DNA from: an uncultured Alphaproteobacteria bacterium
Lineage (GTDB): Bacteria > Pseudomonadota > Alphaproteobacteria > HIMB59 > GCA-002718135
Assembly (NCBI GenBank): GCA_902587565.1
Contig: CACILT010000005.1
Location: 10,461 to 74,460, forward strand
DNA: 64,000 nt
Reading direction: 5' to 3'
Each line of letters begins with the position of its first letter. Position 1 is the first letter of the stretch. A program made the position numbers and the translations under genes. Positions 47,822 to 57,141 of this stretch are shown here, piece after piece. Under the pieces are notes generated by a model. The model was not told where the DNA came from. It did no database searches and saw only the letters and a list, made by a program, of their open reading frames with translations.

Positions 47822-48807
47822 GTTTGATTACACTCATAACAACATCTATCAACCCAGTGTCCTGGTTTGGCTTCAATCAAACCCATCTCAATATCTCCAC
47901 CTTTACAGCCTATACCAGGATTAGGACATCTAGTCCTAAAAACACAACCAGAAGGTGGGTTTGTTGGGCTAGGAATTTCACCTCTTAGTACCTTAATTTC
48001 TCTTTTTTCATCCGAAATTTGAGGCGCTATATCAATTAATGACTTAGTGTATGAATGCAGCGGATTATTAAATAATTCTGATGTTTCTGCAATTTCCATA
48101 ACATTACCCAAATACATTACCATTACATGATCTGATATTTCAGAAACAACTCCAAGATCATGAGTAATAAATATAATCGACATCCCAAGTTTTTTTTGCA
48201 GTTCTTGCATTAGGTCTATAATTTGAGCTTGTATTGTAACATCAAGAGCAGTTGTAGGTTCATCAGCAATTAAAATTTTAGGATTACAACTTAAAGCCAT
48301 CGCGATCATTGCCCTTTGTCTCATTCCACCAGATAATTCATGAGGGTAGGAGTCAATTCTTTTTTGAGGCTCAGGTATGCCTACAAGATCTAGCATTTCA
48401 ATAGCAATTTTTCTTGCTTGTTCTTTGCTTTTCTTTTGGTGAAGAATAATTGTTTCTGAAATCTGAAAAGATAAATCATAAACTGGATTTAGGCTTGTCA
48501 TAGGTTCTTGAAAAATCATAGAGATTCTATTTCCTCTAATTTTTCTCATTTCATTTTCTTCAAGATCAATTAAGTTTTTATTATCAAATAATATTTCACC
48601 TCGTTCAGTTTGTGCTAAGTTATTCGGTAACAAGCCCATAATAGATAATGCTGTAATAGATTTACCTGAGCCTGATTCCCCAACTATCGCAAAAGTTTTT
48701 CCTGCTTCTAAATTAAAAGAAACACCATCAACAGCTTTAACAACTGATTCACCAACAGTAAAATGTGTTTTTAAATTCTTTATACTTAATAAGTTTTCAC
48801 TAATCAT
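47818..48807 (-). CDS. ABC ATPase, DppD/OppD type, with Cys-rich C-terminal tail
   Basis: Walker A GESGSGKS, signature LSGGMRQR, Walker [12 protein letters not shown]. The tail reads [45 protein letters not shown]. Confidence 0.9.
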   Translation of the reverse strand: MISENLLSIKNLKTHFTVGESVVKAVDGVSFNLEAGKTFAIVGESGSGKSITALSIMGLLPNNLAQTERGEILFDNKNLIDLEENEMRKIRGNRISMIFQEPMTSLNPVYDLSFQISETIILHQKKSKEQARKIAIEMLDLVGIPEPQKRIDSYPHELSGGMRQRAMIAMALSCNPKILIADEPTTALDVTIQAQIIDLMQELQKKLGMSIIFITHDLGVVSEISDHVMVMYLGNVMEIAETSELFNNPLHSYTKSLIDIAPQISDEKREIKVLRGEIPSPTNPPSGCVFRTRCPNPGIGCKGGDIEMGLIEAKPGHWVDRCCYECNQT

Positions 48808-48814
48808 ATTAATT

Positions 48815-50206
48815 TTATCTTATTGGAGATACAAAATTATTCATATTTCTATTCCTATAAAATTTTTTTCCATCATAAACCACTTTTCCATTAACTATAG
48901 TTTTATTTATCTTTCCTTTTATTTTTTCCCCAAAATATAGATGAGCACAGTTTTTTCCTTTTGAAACAAGGGTATTTCTATCCACAGTCCATTTCTTATT
49001 CATATCTAAAATAACTATATCTGCATCAGATCCTCTTTTAATTAAACCTTTATTTGGAAAAATATTAAATCTTTTTGCCGGATTAATACACATCAGTTCA
49101 ATTACTTTTTCTAATTTGATTTTTTTTTCTGAAACAGCTTTTAGCATAAGTGGTAACATTAATTCACCACTAGGCGCACCTGGAGGAGCTTTAAGAAAAT
49201 TTTTTTCCCCCTTTATTTTCTCATTGTATGAAAAAGAAGCATGATCAGAGGCTATAATATCAAGAGTTTTATTTTTAAGAGCTGACCATAATTTTTTTTG
49301 ATCTTTTTGTTTCCTTATTGGTGGATTAATTTTTCCAAATGGACCTGATTTAATTACATCTCTTTCATTTTTAAATAAATAGTGTGGACATGTTTCCGCA
49401 GTTATACTCTGACCTTTACTTTTAAATTTAGAAATTACTTCTAAAGATAATTCTGAAGTCACATGAGCAATATGAATTTTAGTTTTAACAATTGAATTCA
49501 ACCTTAGTATCTTTTCAATTGCACTTGCTTCTACAACAGCAGGTCTCATAGCATTATGTATTGCTGGATTATTTTTTTTAAAATTTTTTTGATTTTTCTC
49601 AAAATGATCAAGTAAATTCTGATCTTCAGCATGAAATATTGTCGTTAAATTTGATTTTTTTGCATGTATTAATGCTTTGAGAATATTTTTTTCTTCAGTA
49701 AAACACAATCCTTCAAATTCACTTTTTCTATCAAGTGGAGGAGCAATTGTAAAAACTTTAAAAGCAATAGCTCCACTATTTATTAATCCATTTAGATTTT
49801 TATCATTGAATTTTCCTAAAGCAGGAATCATAGCAAAATTAATGTAAGTATTTTCATCAAAATGTTTTTTTCTATGGTTGAGCACCTTAGCATTTGACAT
49901 GCACGGATTACTTATAGGCATTTCAAAAAGTGTAGTTATTCCACCCTTTGCGGCGGCTTTAGTTTCACTTTGAACTGTACCTCTTTGAGGAAATGATGGC
50001 GCTCTAACATGAAAATGAATATCAATTATTCCAGGAATAACAATTTTTTTATCAGCATTGATAATTTTTTTGGACTTAAATGATTTTATATTTTTTGTTA
50101 GCTTAAAAATTTTACCATCTTTGATTACAATATGGTTTTTTTTAAATTTATTTTCCTCAAAAACTTTTCCATTTTTTATAATCAAATCACAGTTAGTAAT
50201 CATCAT
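48815..50206 (-). CDS. Cyclic amidohydrolase (allantoinase / hydantoinase / dihydroorotase-like)
   Basis: PGIIDIHFHVR (HxH), GGITTLFEMP, AFKVF (carboxylated-Lys region), FHAED, HIAHVTS, ASDHA. 463 aa. Confidence 0.85.
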   Translation of the reverse strand: MMITNCDLIIKNGKVFEENKFKKNHIVIKDGKIFKLTKNIKSFKSKKIINADKKIVIPGIIDIHFHVRAPSFPQRGTVQSETKAAAKGGITTLFEMPISNPCMSNAKVLNHRKKHFDENTYINFAMIPALGKFNDKNLNGLINSGAIAFKVFTIAPPLDRKSEFEGLCFTEEKNILKALIHAKKSNLTTIFHAEDQNLLDHFEKNQKNFKKNNPAIHNAMRPAVVEASAIEKILRLNSIVKTKIHIAHVTSELSLEVISKFKSKGQSITAETCPHYLFKNERDVIKSGPFGKINPPIRKQKDQKKLWSALKNKTLDIIASDHASFSYNEKIKGEKNFLKAPPGAPSGELMLPLMLKAVSEKKIKLEKVIELMCINPAKRFNIFPNKGLIKRGSDADIVILDMNKKWTVDRNTLVSKGKNCAHLYFGEKIKGKINKTIVNGKVVYDGKKFYRNRNMNNFVSPIR

Positions 50207-51627
50207 TCAAAAATTTTTAGTTCTTTTAATGCTTTTGCAACTCCATCAAGATTTGACAGTTTCATAGATGCATAATTTGGCGACAACACAATCCCTTTTC
50301 CTCCAGCATTATACGTTGCTAAAACTGATCTATAAGCAATATCTGGTGTACAGATTGCTTGTTCTTTTGATGATCGAGGTGCATCAATACCAATACCCAT
50401 ATATACTTTAGATTCACCATCAACACCTCTAACTGCATCCGCACATTGAGTATAAATATATGTATCTGGATCTAATCCTCTTTCTATTAGATTATTTAAG
50501 CTAGTTTCATTAATTCCTAAAATTTTAGAAAAAGATGAAACCAACTCAGAATTAGATAATTCATTTAAAATTGTTTTTCCAAATATGTTTATTTCTCTGT
50601 GGAATATTTCACCAGATTGATGTTGATAAGTTATAGGCTTTACCCAATCCGAATAATCTACCTGTTCTTTCCAAGGCCACTGTATTTTTCTAATAAAATT
50701 AAAATGATTTCTATTCCAAACGTTTAATCCAAAAGACAAATTAGGTTTGATCCATTTAACTAAACCATAAATTTCTTTATCTAAGTCTTTATTTCTTTTA
50801 AGCCAAAATTTTTCCCACTCTAAAATTTCAGGTTTATCAAATAGTATTCTAAAAAATTCAATTAAGTTTCCATCAACAAAATTTTTTCCATCCAATGTTT
50901 TTTGAAAGAACTCATATAATGACAACAAAGAGTCTCTTATTTTTTCAATATTTAAATTAAAAGTTTTGGCTTCTAGTAAAAAATCTTCTGAAAAATCACC
51001 AGGTGCATTTCCTTGAAATAACTGATCTAGAGGTGAATATCTTTCATTACACCACATAACGCCATCAATATCATAATTAGCAACTTGATCTTCAATCATT
51101 GATAAGATCCAATTTCTATAATTTTTATTACTTGTAGAAGGTGATTTGCTAATTTTTCCAAAGACATCTACTTCCATACATTGAACTAAATTTGGAATGT
51201 CTACTCCTGTAGCCGAGCCATGACCTGCATAATTGAAAAATGGTTCCATTAATTCAATAAAAATTTTCATTCCTCTTTCTCTTGCTTTAGGAATAACCAT
51301 TTTTAAAATATCTTTATTTTTCATTTCTTTGTCTTGGGCTTTAAAATCTTTTATAAAAGTTTTATTATAAAATTTGGGATCTGGATCAAAATATGCTCCA
51401 CCTTTCATTGAAAATGGTTCTGGAATTCCATGATCTGGCCAACCATCTATTTCCCAAGACACTGATCTTCCTGATTTTAATCCAAGCCATGAAACAGTCC
51501 CAATTAGTAGAACATTTACACCAACACGTTTTTGTAAAGTATCCAATACATTATCAATTCCCTCATCAATAAATGAAATTGGACTTATTTGAATTCCAAC
51601 AAATTTATCTTTTTCTTTTTTAATCAT
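50203..51627 (-). CDS. Hypothetical protein (474 aa), family not recognised
   Basis: Clean ORF with 4-nt overlaps to both neighbours in the operon. No TM segment or signal peptide. YDIDGVMWCNER is a possible barrel beta4-NE motif; this is weak. Confidence 0.6.
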   Translation of the reverse strand: MIKKEKDKFVGIQISPISFIDEGIDNVLDTLQKRVGVNVLLIGTVSWLGLKSGRSVSWEIDGWPDHGIPEPFSMKGGAYFDPDPKFYNKTFIKDFKAQDKEMKNKDILKMVIPKARERGMKIFIELMEPFFNYAGHGSATGVDIPNLVQCMEVDVFGKISKSPSTSNKNYRNWILSMIEDQVANYDIDGVMWCNERYSPLDQLFQGNAPGDFSEDFLLEAKTFNLNIEKIRDSLLSLYEFFQKTLDGKNFVDGNLIEFFRILFDKPEILEWEKFWLKRNKDLDKEIYGLVKWIKPNLSFGLNVWNRNHFNFIRKIQWPWKEQVDYSDWVKPITYQHQSGEIFHREINIFGKTILNELSNSELVSSFSKILGINETSLNNLIERGLDPDTYIYTQCADAVRGVDGESKVYMGIGIDAPRSSKEQAICTPDIAYRSVLATYNAGGKGIVLSPNYASMKLSNLDGVAKALKELKIFE

Positions 51628-52781
51628 CTTAAAAAATTATTAATCCTTGTCATTGACTCTTCTATTTTTTCAAGAGGTTGTAAATAAGACAAACGTATAT
51701 ATTTATCTTCTTCATCGCCAAACAAAGTACCAGGAAACATAAGAACACCTGTATTAATAAGTAATTCCTTACAAAAAGTTGAAGCAGTCATATTTGAATT
51801 TGATACATTTGTATAAATATAAAAAGCACCTCCTGGATCACCATATGTAAAACCAATATCACTAAGGGCCTTCATGCTAAACTTTCTTCTTTCATTATAT
51901 TCATTTTTCATTTTATTAAACTCTTCTTGAGGACCATCTAAAGCAGCTAAAGCTCCATATTGAGAAAATGTACATGTATTTATTGATAAGGCATGTCTTA
52001 TTTCTGTCATTTTATTTATAATATCTTTTGGACCTGCAATATATCCAACTCTCCAGCCAGTCATAGCATAAGTTTTAGAAAAACCATTTAGTGTTAATGT
52101 TCTTTCCTTCATTTTTTCAAGTGAACCAATTGATAGATGCTCATGCGAATCATAAATTAAGTCAGCATAAATCTCATCTGATATTACAATTAAATTATTA
52201 TCTATTGCTATCTGAGCAATTTTTTTAATATTATTTGGAGGTGTTACAGCTCCTGTAGGATTATTTGGTGAAACAAGAACAAGCAACTTAGTTTTTTTAG
52301 TAATTTTTTGCTCAATTAATTCTGGCATTAATGCAAAATTATCTTTTTCGTATGTGTGAACAGGTACAGGTTTAGCATTACACATCCTTACTGTTAAATC
52401 ATATGTAGTAAATCTTGGTGAGGTAATTAAGACTTCATCATCTGCTTTTAATAATGAAATCATTGCGAGAGCAATACTTTCTTGAACACCAGCTGTGATA
52501 ATTATTTCATCTTCAGAATAATCTAAATTATATTTTAGCTCAAAATTTTTAGATATAGATTTTCTCAATTCTGGCAGTCCAGTTGGAGGTGTGTAATGAT
52601 GTTTGTTTTCATCAAGGGCTTTTTTCGCAGCCTCAACTATATGTTGTGGTGTGTGAAAATCTGGATCTCCTCTTCCTAAAGCTATTACATTATCCATACC
52701 CGAAGCTATTTTTAAAAGATCTGATCTTAATGTCTCATCGTCTAGTGATATTTCTTTAGATTTATTAAAAACTATGCTCAT
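51624..52781 (-). CDS. Class I/II PLP-dependent aminotransferase (AspC-like)
   Basis: NPNNPTG, DEIY, and PLP-Lys region NGFSKTYAMTGWRVGY. Paralog of 59701..60864. Confidence 0.9.
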   Translation of the reverse strand: MSIVFNKSKEISLDDETLRSDLLKIASGMDNVIALGRGDPDFHTPQHIVEAAKKALDENKHHYTPPTGLPELRKSISKNFELKYNLDYSEDEIIITAGVQESIALAMISLLKADDEVLITSPRFTTYDLTVRMCNAKPVPVHTYEKDNFALMPELIEQKITKKTKLLVLVSPNNPTGAVTPPNNIKKIAQIAIDNNLIVISDEIYADLIYDSHEHLSIGSLEKMKERTLTLNGFSKTYAMTGWRVGYIAGPKDIINKMTEIRHALSINTCTFSQYGALAALDGPQEEFNKMKNEYNERRKFSMKALSDIGFTYGDPGGAFYIYTNVSNSNMTASTFCKELLINTGVLMFPGTLFGDEEDKYIRLSYLQPLEKIEESMTRINNFLR

Positions 52782-54016
52782 TATATTAATCTACTTCCAT
52801 GAATATAAACTTGTTTTACATTAGATAAGTCATCTATATTTTCATCAGGTTTGCCTTGTACAATAATAAGATCTGCATCTTTACCAATTTCAATTGATCC
52901 TAATTTGTCTTCAATTTTATTTACTTTTGCTGCTCTATAAGTAGCAGATTGAATAGCATCTAAATTATCTTTAACTACACCAAGATCAATCATAAACTTC
53001 ATTTCAGGAACTATAGCATCATGTGGTACAACTGGTGACCCTGCATCTGTTCCAAAAATTATATCAATGCCTGCTTTACTTGCTTTAACAAGTGAATCAA
53101 ATCTCGATTTATCTTTAACAATTTTTTGTCGTTCTTTTATTTTCCATTCAGGAATATTATACTGTCTTGCAATTTCTTCCTTACTTTGCATTACTACTGG
53201 TGAAAAAGTTGTACATATTGGAATATTTTTTTTTGCAACTTTTTCAATTGTTGCATCTGTCATAGGCCCCCCATGTTCAATACAATCTATTCCAAAATCA
53301 GTAACTCTATTAATTGCTGCATCAAAAGTAGCATGTGCGGTAATATATAATCCATTTCGATGAGTCTCATCGATAACTGCCTCTAATTCTTCATCAGTAA
53401 ATTCAAGAGTATCATGGCACGCCATAATTTTAATTAGATCTGCACCACTTCCAACTTGTTCTCGTACTGCTCTTCGCATTTCATCAGCTCCAGAAGCTTC
53501 ACGACAACACCAATATGTATGTCCTGCAGTTTGTACTATAGCTTCTCCACATATTTTTAATCTTGGACCTGGATATATACCTTGTTCTATTGCTTGCTTA
53601 GCAAAAATATTAGACTTGTTCATTCCTAAATCTCTTACAAGAGTTACACCTGCCCTCAATGATTTCAACATATTCGCACAAGATTTATAAGCTGAAATTT
53701 CAGATGGATCATCAAGTGACTGCTGAGCTAAATCATGTGTTCCATCCCAAGCAAGATGGGCATGCGAATTCATTAGTCCAGGTAAAATTGTATGATCCTT
53801 AAGTTCTAAAACTTTTTTGGAATTTGCGCTACTGTCTAAATCAGATTGAGAACCTGCTTTTATTATTTTACCATTATCTATTTCGACAAATCCATTTTCA
53901 ATTACTTTAAGAGATTTAGTTTCAATTACCCTGCATTTAAATAATATGTTCTCTTTTTGTAAATCAAAAAGTGGTTTAATTATTTTTCTAAATTTCCAAG
54001 GTGCTGCTTCTGGCAT
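52781..54016 (-). CDS. Amidohydrolase-superfamily metal-dependent hydrolase (COG1228-like)
   Basis: LPGLMNSHAHL (HxH), ITAHA, IEHG and GTDAG motifs. 411 aa. Confidence 0.85.
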   Translation of the reverse strand: MPEAAPWKFRKIIKPLFDLQKENILFKCRVIETKSLKVIENGFVEIDNGKIIKAGSQSDLDSSANSKKVLELKDHTILPGLMNSHAHLAWDGTHDLAQQSLDDPSEISAYKSCANMLKSLRAGVTLVRDLGMNKSNIFAKQAIEQGIYPGPRLKICGEAIVQTAGHTYWCCREASGADEMRRAVREQVGSGADLIKIMACHDTLEFTDEELEAVIDETHRNGLYITAHATFDAAINRVTDFGIDCIEHGGPMTDATIEKVAKKNIPICTTFSPVVMQSKEEIARQYNIPEWKIKERQKIVKDKSRFDSLVKASKAGIDIIFGTDAGSPVVPHDAIVPEMKFMIDLGVVKDNLDAIQSATYRAAKVNKIEDKLGSIEIGKDADLIIVQGKPDENIDDLSNVKQVYIHGSRLI

Positions 54017-54028
54017 AAATTTTATCCT

Positions 54029-55222
54029 TTAGTTTAAGTTTATAATTCTATGATCAATACTTTTATCTAAAAAGCTTGATATTTGTTTTCCATTATTTAC
54101 GCCCACAATCATTGAGCTAATAGTTCTATATCCATCAATATTAGGTCTATAAATACCTGGCTCATTTGAAAAAATCATATTTTTTTTTAATATGGTTTTA
54201 TCTCCAGGCGATAACCAAGGAGCTTCATGTCCTTCAAATCCCATACCATGTCCTATGCGATGTCTCACAAATTCGAAATAACCACTTTCCTTGTATATTG
54301 CTGTTGCAATTTCATTAATATTTTCACATTCAGTTCCTTCTTTAAGGTTTTTAATTACCTCATCATTAACTTCTTTCATTGTTTTTATAATATTCATTTG
54401 ATCATGACTTGGCTCACCAAGAATAAAAGTTACTCCAGATTCAGCGTATAAACCACCAACACAAGCTCCAACACCACAAATTAATGTTTCATTTCTTTTT
54501 GGAACTCTGCTTAATGATTTGCCATGAGGAAATGCTCCTCTTGGTCCTGAATGAATAGTGGCTACTACATTACATGGTGTTTCATCAAAATCAGCCGGTA
54601 AGTTTTTTAACATTTCTTTTTTTGCTTCTTCAGTACAAATTTTCACTAATTCTCTTTCATTTGTTTCGCTATTGATCAATTCCTTCCCATTTTCTTTTAA
54701 ATATTCAAGGGTTAAATCAGCATACTTTGCTGCTTCAGTAATTATATCGATCTCTTCTTTTAGTTTTTGATATCTGAAATAATTTATATTGACTTTATAA
54801 TCTAGTATTTCAAATCTGTTTTTGAGTAATTCTATAATATCTATATTATTTATGTCTGTACCAATTTTTTTTTCATTAATATTTTGAGCCATAAATGAAT
54901 AAGGATTTATCTTTCCTGGATATTCTTCATAGATTAATATTTCATCTATAATTGTGTTTTCTGAATTTTCTTTTTCTAATAGAGGAATAAACAATTTACT
55001 TTTATTTTCTTTACTTAAAAAAAAACCTGATGGTCTTTCGTTAGTTACATAAAAGAAACCTGTAAAATAAAAAATATTTGCAGGGTTAGTAATAAGAAAT
55101 CCATCTAGATCTTTTTCTTCTATTAGTCTGAGCAACATTTTTCTTGTCTGATTATAAAAATTATTACTTAATGGTTTTATTTCTTTAAATTCATTCATTT
55201 TATTAAATTTTAAGTTTATCAA
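54029..55222 (-). CDS. M24-fold (creatinase/prolidase-like) hydrolase with degenerate metal site
   Basis: A creatinase_N-like N-terminal half precedes a pita-bread C-terminal half (HRIGHGMGFEGHEAP, FSNEPGIY). The positions of the first Asp and last Glu metal ligands appear substituted (CGVGA; RTISS). An alternative start is the Met at 55198. Confidence 0.78.
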   Translation of the reverse strand: MINLKFNKMNEFKEIKPLSNNFYNQTRKMLLRLIEEKDLDGFLITNPANIFYFTGFFYVTNERPSGFFLSKENKSKLFIPLLEKENSENTIIDEILIYEEYPGKINPYSFMAQNINEKKIGTDINNIDIIELLKNRFEILDYKVNINYFRYQKLKEEIDIITEAAKYADLTLEYLKENGKELINSETNERELVKICTEEAKKEMLKNLPADFDETPCNVVATIHSGPRGAFPHGKSLSRVPKRNETLICGVGACVGGLYAESGVTFILGEPSHDQMNIIKTMKEVNDEVIKNLKEGTECENINEIATAIYKESGYFEFVRHRIGHGMGFEGHEAPWLSPGDKTILKKNMIFSNEPGIYRPNIDGYRTISSMIVGVNNGKQISSFLDKSIDHRIINLN

Positions 55223-56258
55223 TATTTAAATCTTTTGCTAAAATGTTAAAAGAATCTATTACTTCACAATCAATTAGTATTCCTTTTTCTAATTTTTCTT
55301 TAACTCTTTTATTCTCAAGATCGCCAGGAACTAAAATTTCATCAAATCCAGGTCTAAGTGGCAATTTTTTAAGCGTATCAACAAAATCATTTATGCGTGA
55401 ATAGAAATCAGAAATTTCCATAAACCACTCTATATTTATCGCTGTTAATGAATGAGAAACATCTAGTTTTTTTGGATCGGAGTAAGGTATTAATCCATAT
55501 CCACCACCGCTTATAACTCCTGTTAAGATATCAGTCATAAACGATAAACCATAACCTTTATATTTTCCAATACCTAATAAAAAACCATCCATAGCATCAG
55601 AAGGATTGGTTGTTTCTTCACCTTCTTTAGTGAGAGCCCAATCGTTTGGCATTGGTATTTGCTCTCTTTCATGCCATCTCATCATTCCTTTGCCAGCTGT
55701 TGTTAATGCTATATCTAAAATTAAAGGATAACCTCTATTAGTAGGACAAGAAATACCCCATGGATTTGTTCCAACACCTCCACTTCTAGATCCCCATGGG
55801 GCCATTTCGGGTCCTGCATTTGTATACGCAATTCCAATACAATTTTTTTTTGTTGCTCTTACTGCATGAACTGAACTAGAACCAAAGTGAGTTGAATTTT
55901 TTATAATTACTTGACCTATGCCTTCATTCTTTGCTTTTGTAATCGCAATATCCATACATTTAGATGCTTGTACTGTTCCAATTCCATTTTTTGCATCTAC
56001 CAAAGCTAAGGAAGAACTTTCTTTTAGAATATCTAAATCAATATTTATGTTTACTTCTTTATTTTTAATTCTTTTGTAATATGTTGTTATTCTTTGAACC
56101 CCTTGACCTTGACCGCTATGAAATCTCAGTTCTGAAAACATCAAAGCGTCAGTAAAAATTTTTGCATCTTCATTTCTTAATCCCATTGCTAAAAAAGAAT
56201 TAAGTACAAAATTTTCTAAATTTTTAAAGTTGACTAATGTCATATCTATATTTTGCAT
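55203..56258 (-). CDS. Ldh2-family (malate/L-lactate/ureidoglycolate dehydrogenase type 2) oxidoreductase
   Basis: 351 aa. HFGSSS, NPWGI, AGKGM and KGYGLSF motifs are typical of the Ldh_2 family. Confidence 0.85.
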   Translation of the reverse strand: MQNIDMTLVNFKNLENFVLNSFLAMGLRNEDAKIFTDALMFSELRFHSGQGQGVQRITTYYKRIKNKEVNINIDLDILKESSSLALVDAKNGIGTVQASKCMDIAITKAKNEGIGQVIIKNSTHFGSSSVHAVRATKKNCIGIAYTNAGPEMAPWGSRSGGVGTNPWGISCPTNRGYPLILDIALTTAGKGMMRWHEREQIPMPNDWALTKEGEETTNPSDAMDGFLLGIGKYKGYGLSFMTDILTGVISGGGYGLIPYSDPKKLDVSHSLTAINIEWFMEISDFYSRINDFVDTLKKLPLRPGFDEILVPGDLENKRVKEKLEKGILIDCEVIDSFNILAKDLNIDKLKI

Positions 56259-56262
56259 AAAA

Positions 56263-57141
56263 TTATTTTTTAAATTTTAAATAATTTACAATATTTGCGT
56301 TACTGTTTAATTTTGGAATTCCATCATTTGTTTTTGAAGACATTAATATAGTAAGACCCGGTCCATAACCGGCTCTTGGACCATTAGTTTGACCTACAAT
56401 ACCTATTGACCAAGCTTTTCTTAAGAAACCATGTTGATAACTGCTATCATAATTTTCTACGTATACAAAGTCACCCAAACGCAAATTATTAAGTTTATAC
56501 TTTTTCATTTCATTTAGATCTGTTGTTTGAATGTGTAAAGAACCTGATTCACTTGTTAATCCTGAACCAGCTCCAACTAAGTGCTCTGGTATGATGTGTG
56601 TGACTGGTATGTTTAGTTTTTTATTTTTAATCTTGATATTCATTTTATTAAAAATTTGAGGTGATAAACTTTTGCAGAAAATATTTTCAAAATTTTTTAT
56701 TTTTAAACCTACGCCCAATGACTTTATTAAAATTTTATCATTAATTGAAATCCTCTCCCTTACTTTTTTTTCGAAATGTATAATTATTTGTTCAGAGAAT
56801 CTACCTGACTTGCCAGATACAAACCCAACTGAATTTTTAGCTTCACCATTCATTATAATTGCTTCATTACCAACACATGATAAAATATTTAAACCTCTGT
56901 TACCTCCTTCACTAGGATATTTAATAGAAACACCTGGATGAATACAATCAGCTTCCCAACCAAATGCAGAATCGCCAACAGATACATTATGAACTATGGA
57001 TCCCCATGTAGGTAAAAGAAAAGGAATACCGTCAGAGTCTAAGCGGTACGGTTCAGCAGGCAAACCTTGGAAATTTGGTTGACACACAGATCCCATTACA
57101 CTGACATTAACTAATAAATTTTCGTTAGTTTCTATCTTCAT
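56263..57141 (-). CDS. Uncharacterised protein, tandem paralog B (292 aa)
   Basis: Shares VGD[SN]AFGW..D...PGVSI, GN[EK]AI...GEAK, G[AS]G, LGD and GPG[IL].I[LM] blocks with 57138..58001. Possibly DUF4438-like; that is from memory and unverified. Confidence 0.65.
   Translation of the reverse strand: MKIETNENLLVNVSVMGSVCQPNFQGLPAEPYRLDSDGIPFLLPTWGSIVHNVSVGDSAFGWEADCIHPGVSIKYPSEGGNRGLNILSCVGNEAIIMNGEAKNSVGFVSGKSGRFSEQIIIHFEKKVRERISINDKILIKSLGVGLKIKNFENIFCKSLSPQIFNKMNIKIKNKKLNIPVTHIIPEHLVGAGSGLTSESGSLHIQTTDLNEMKKYKLNNLRLGDFVYVENYDSSYQHGFLRKAWSIGIVGQTNGPRAGYGPGLTILMSSKTNDGIPKLNSNANIVNYLKFKK

Noticed and set aside
32441-55222. The AstE/AspA-family deacylase (32441-33424) plus the M24 hydrolase (54029-55222) as DoeB/DoeA of ectoine degradation.
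   Set aside because: The two genes are 20 kb apart in different operons. No DoeC/DoeD or EutABC-like genes or TRAP/Ueh-type transporter are present. Family membership alone is not specific.
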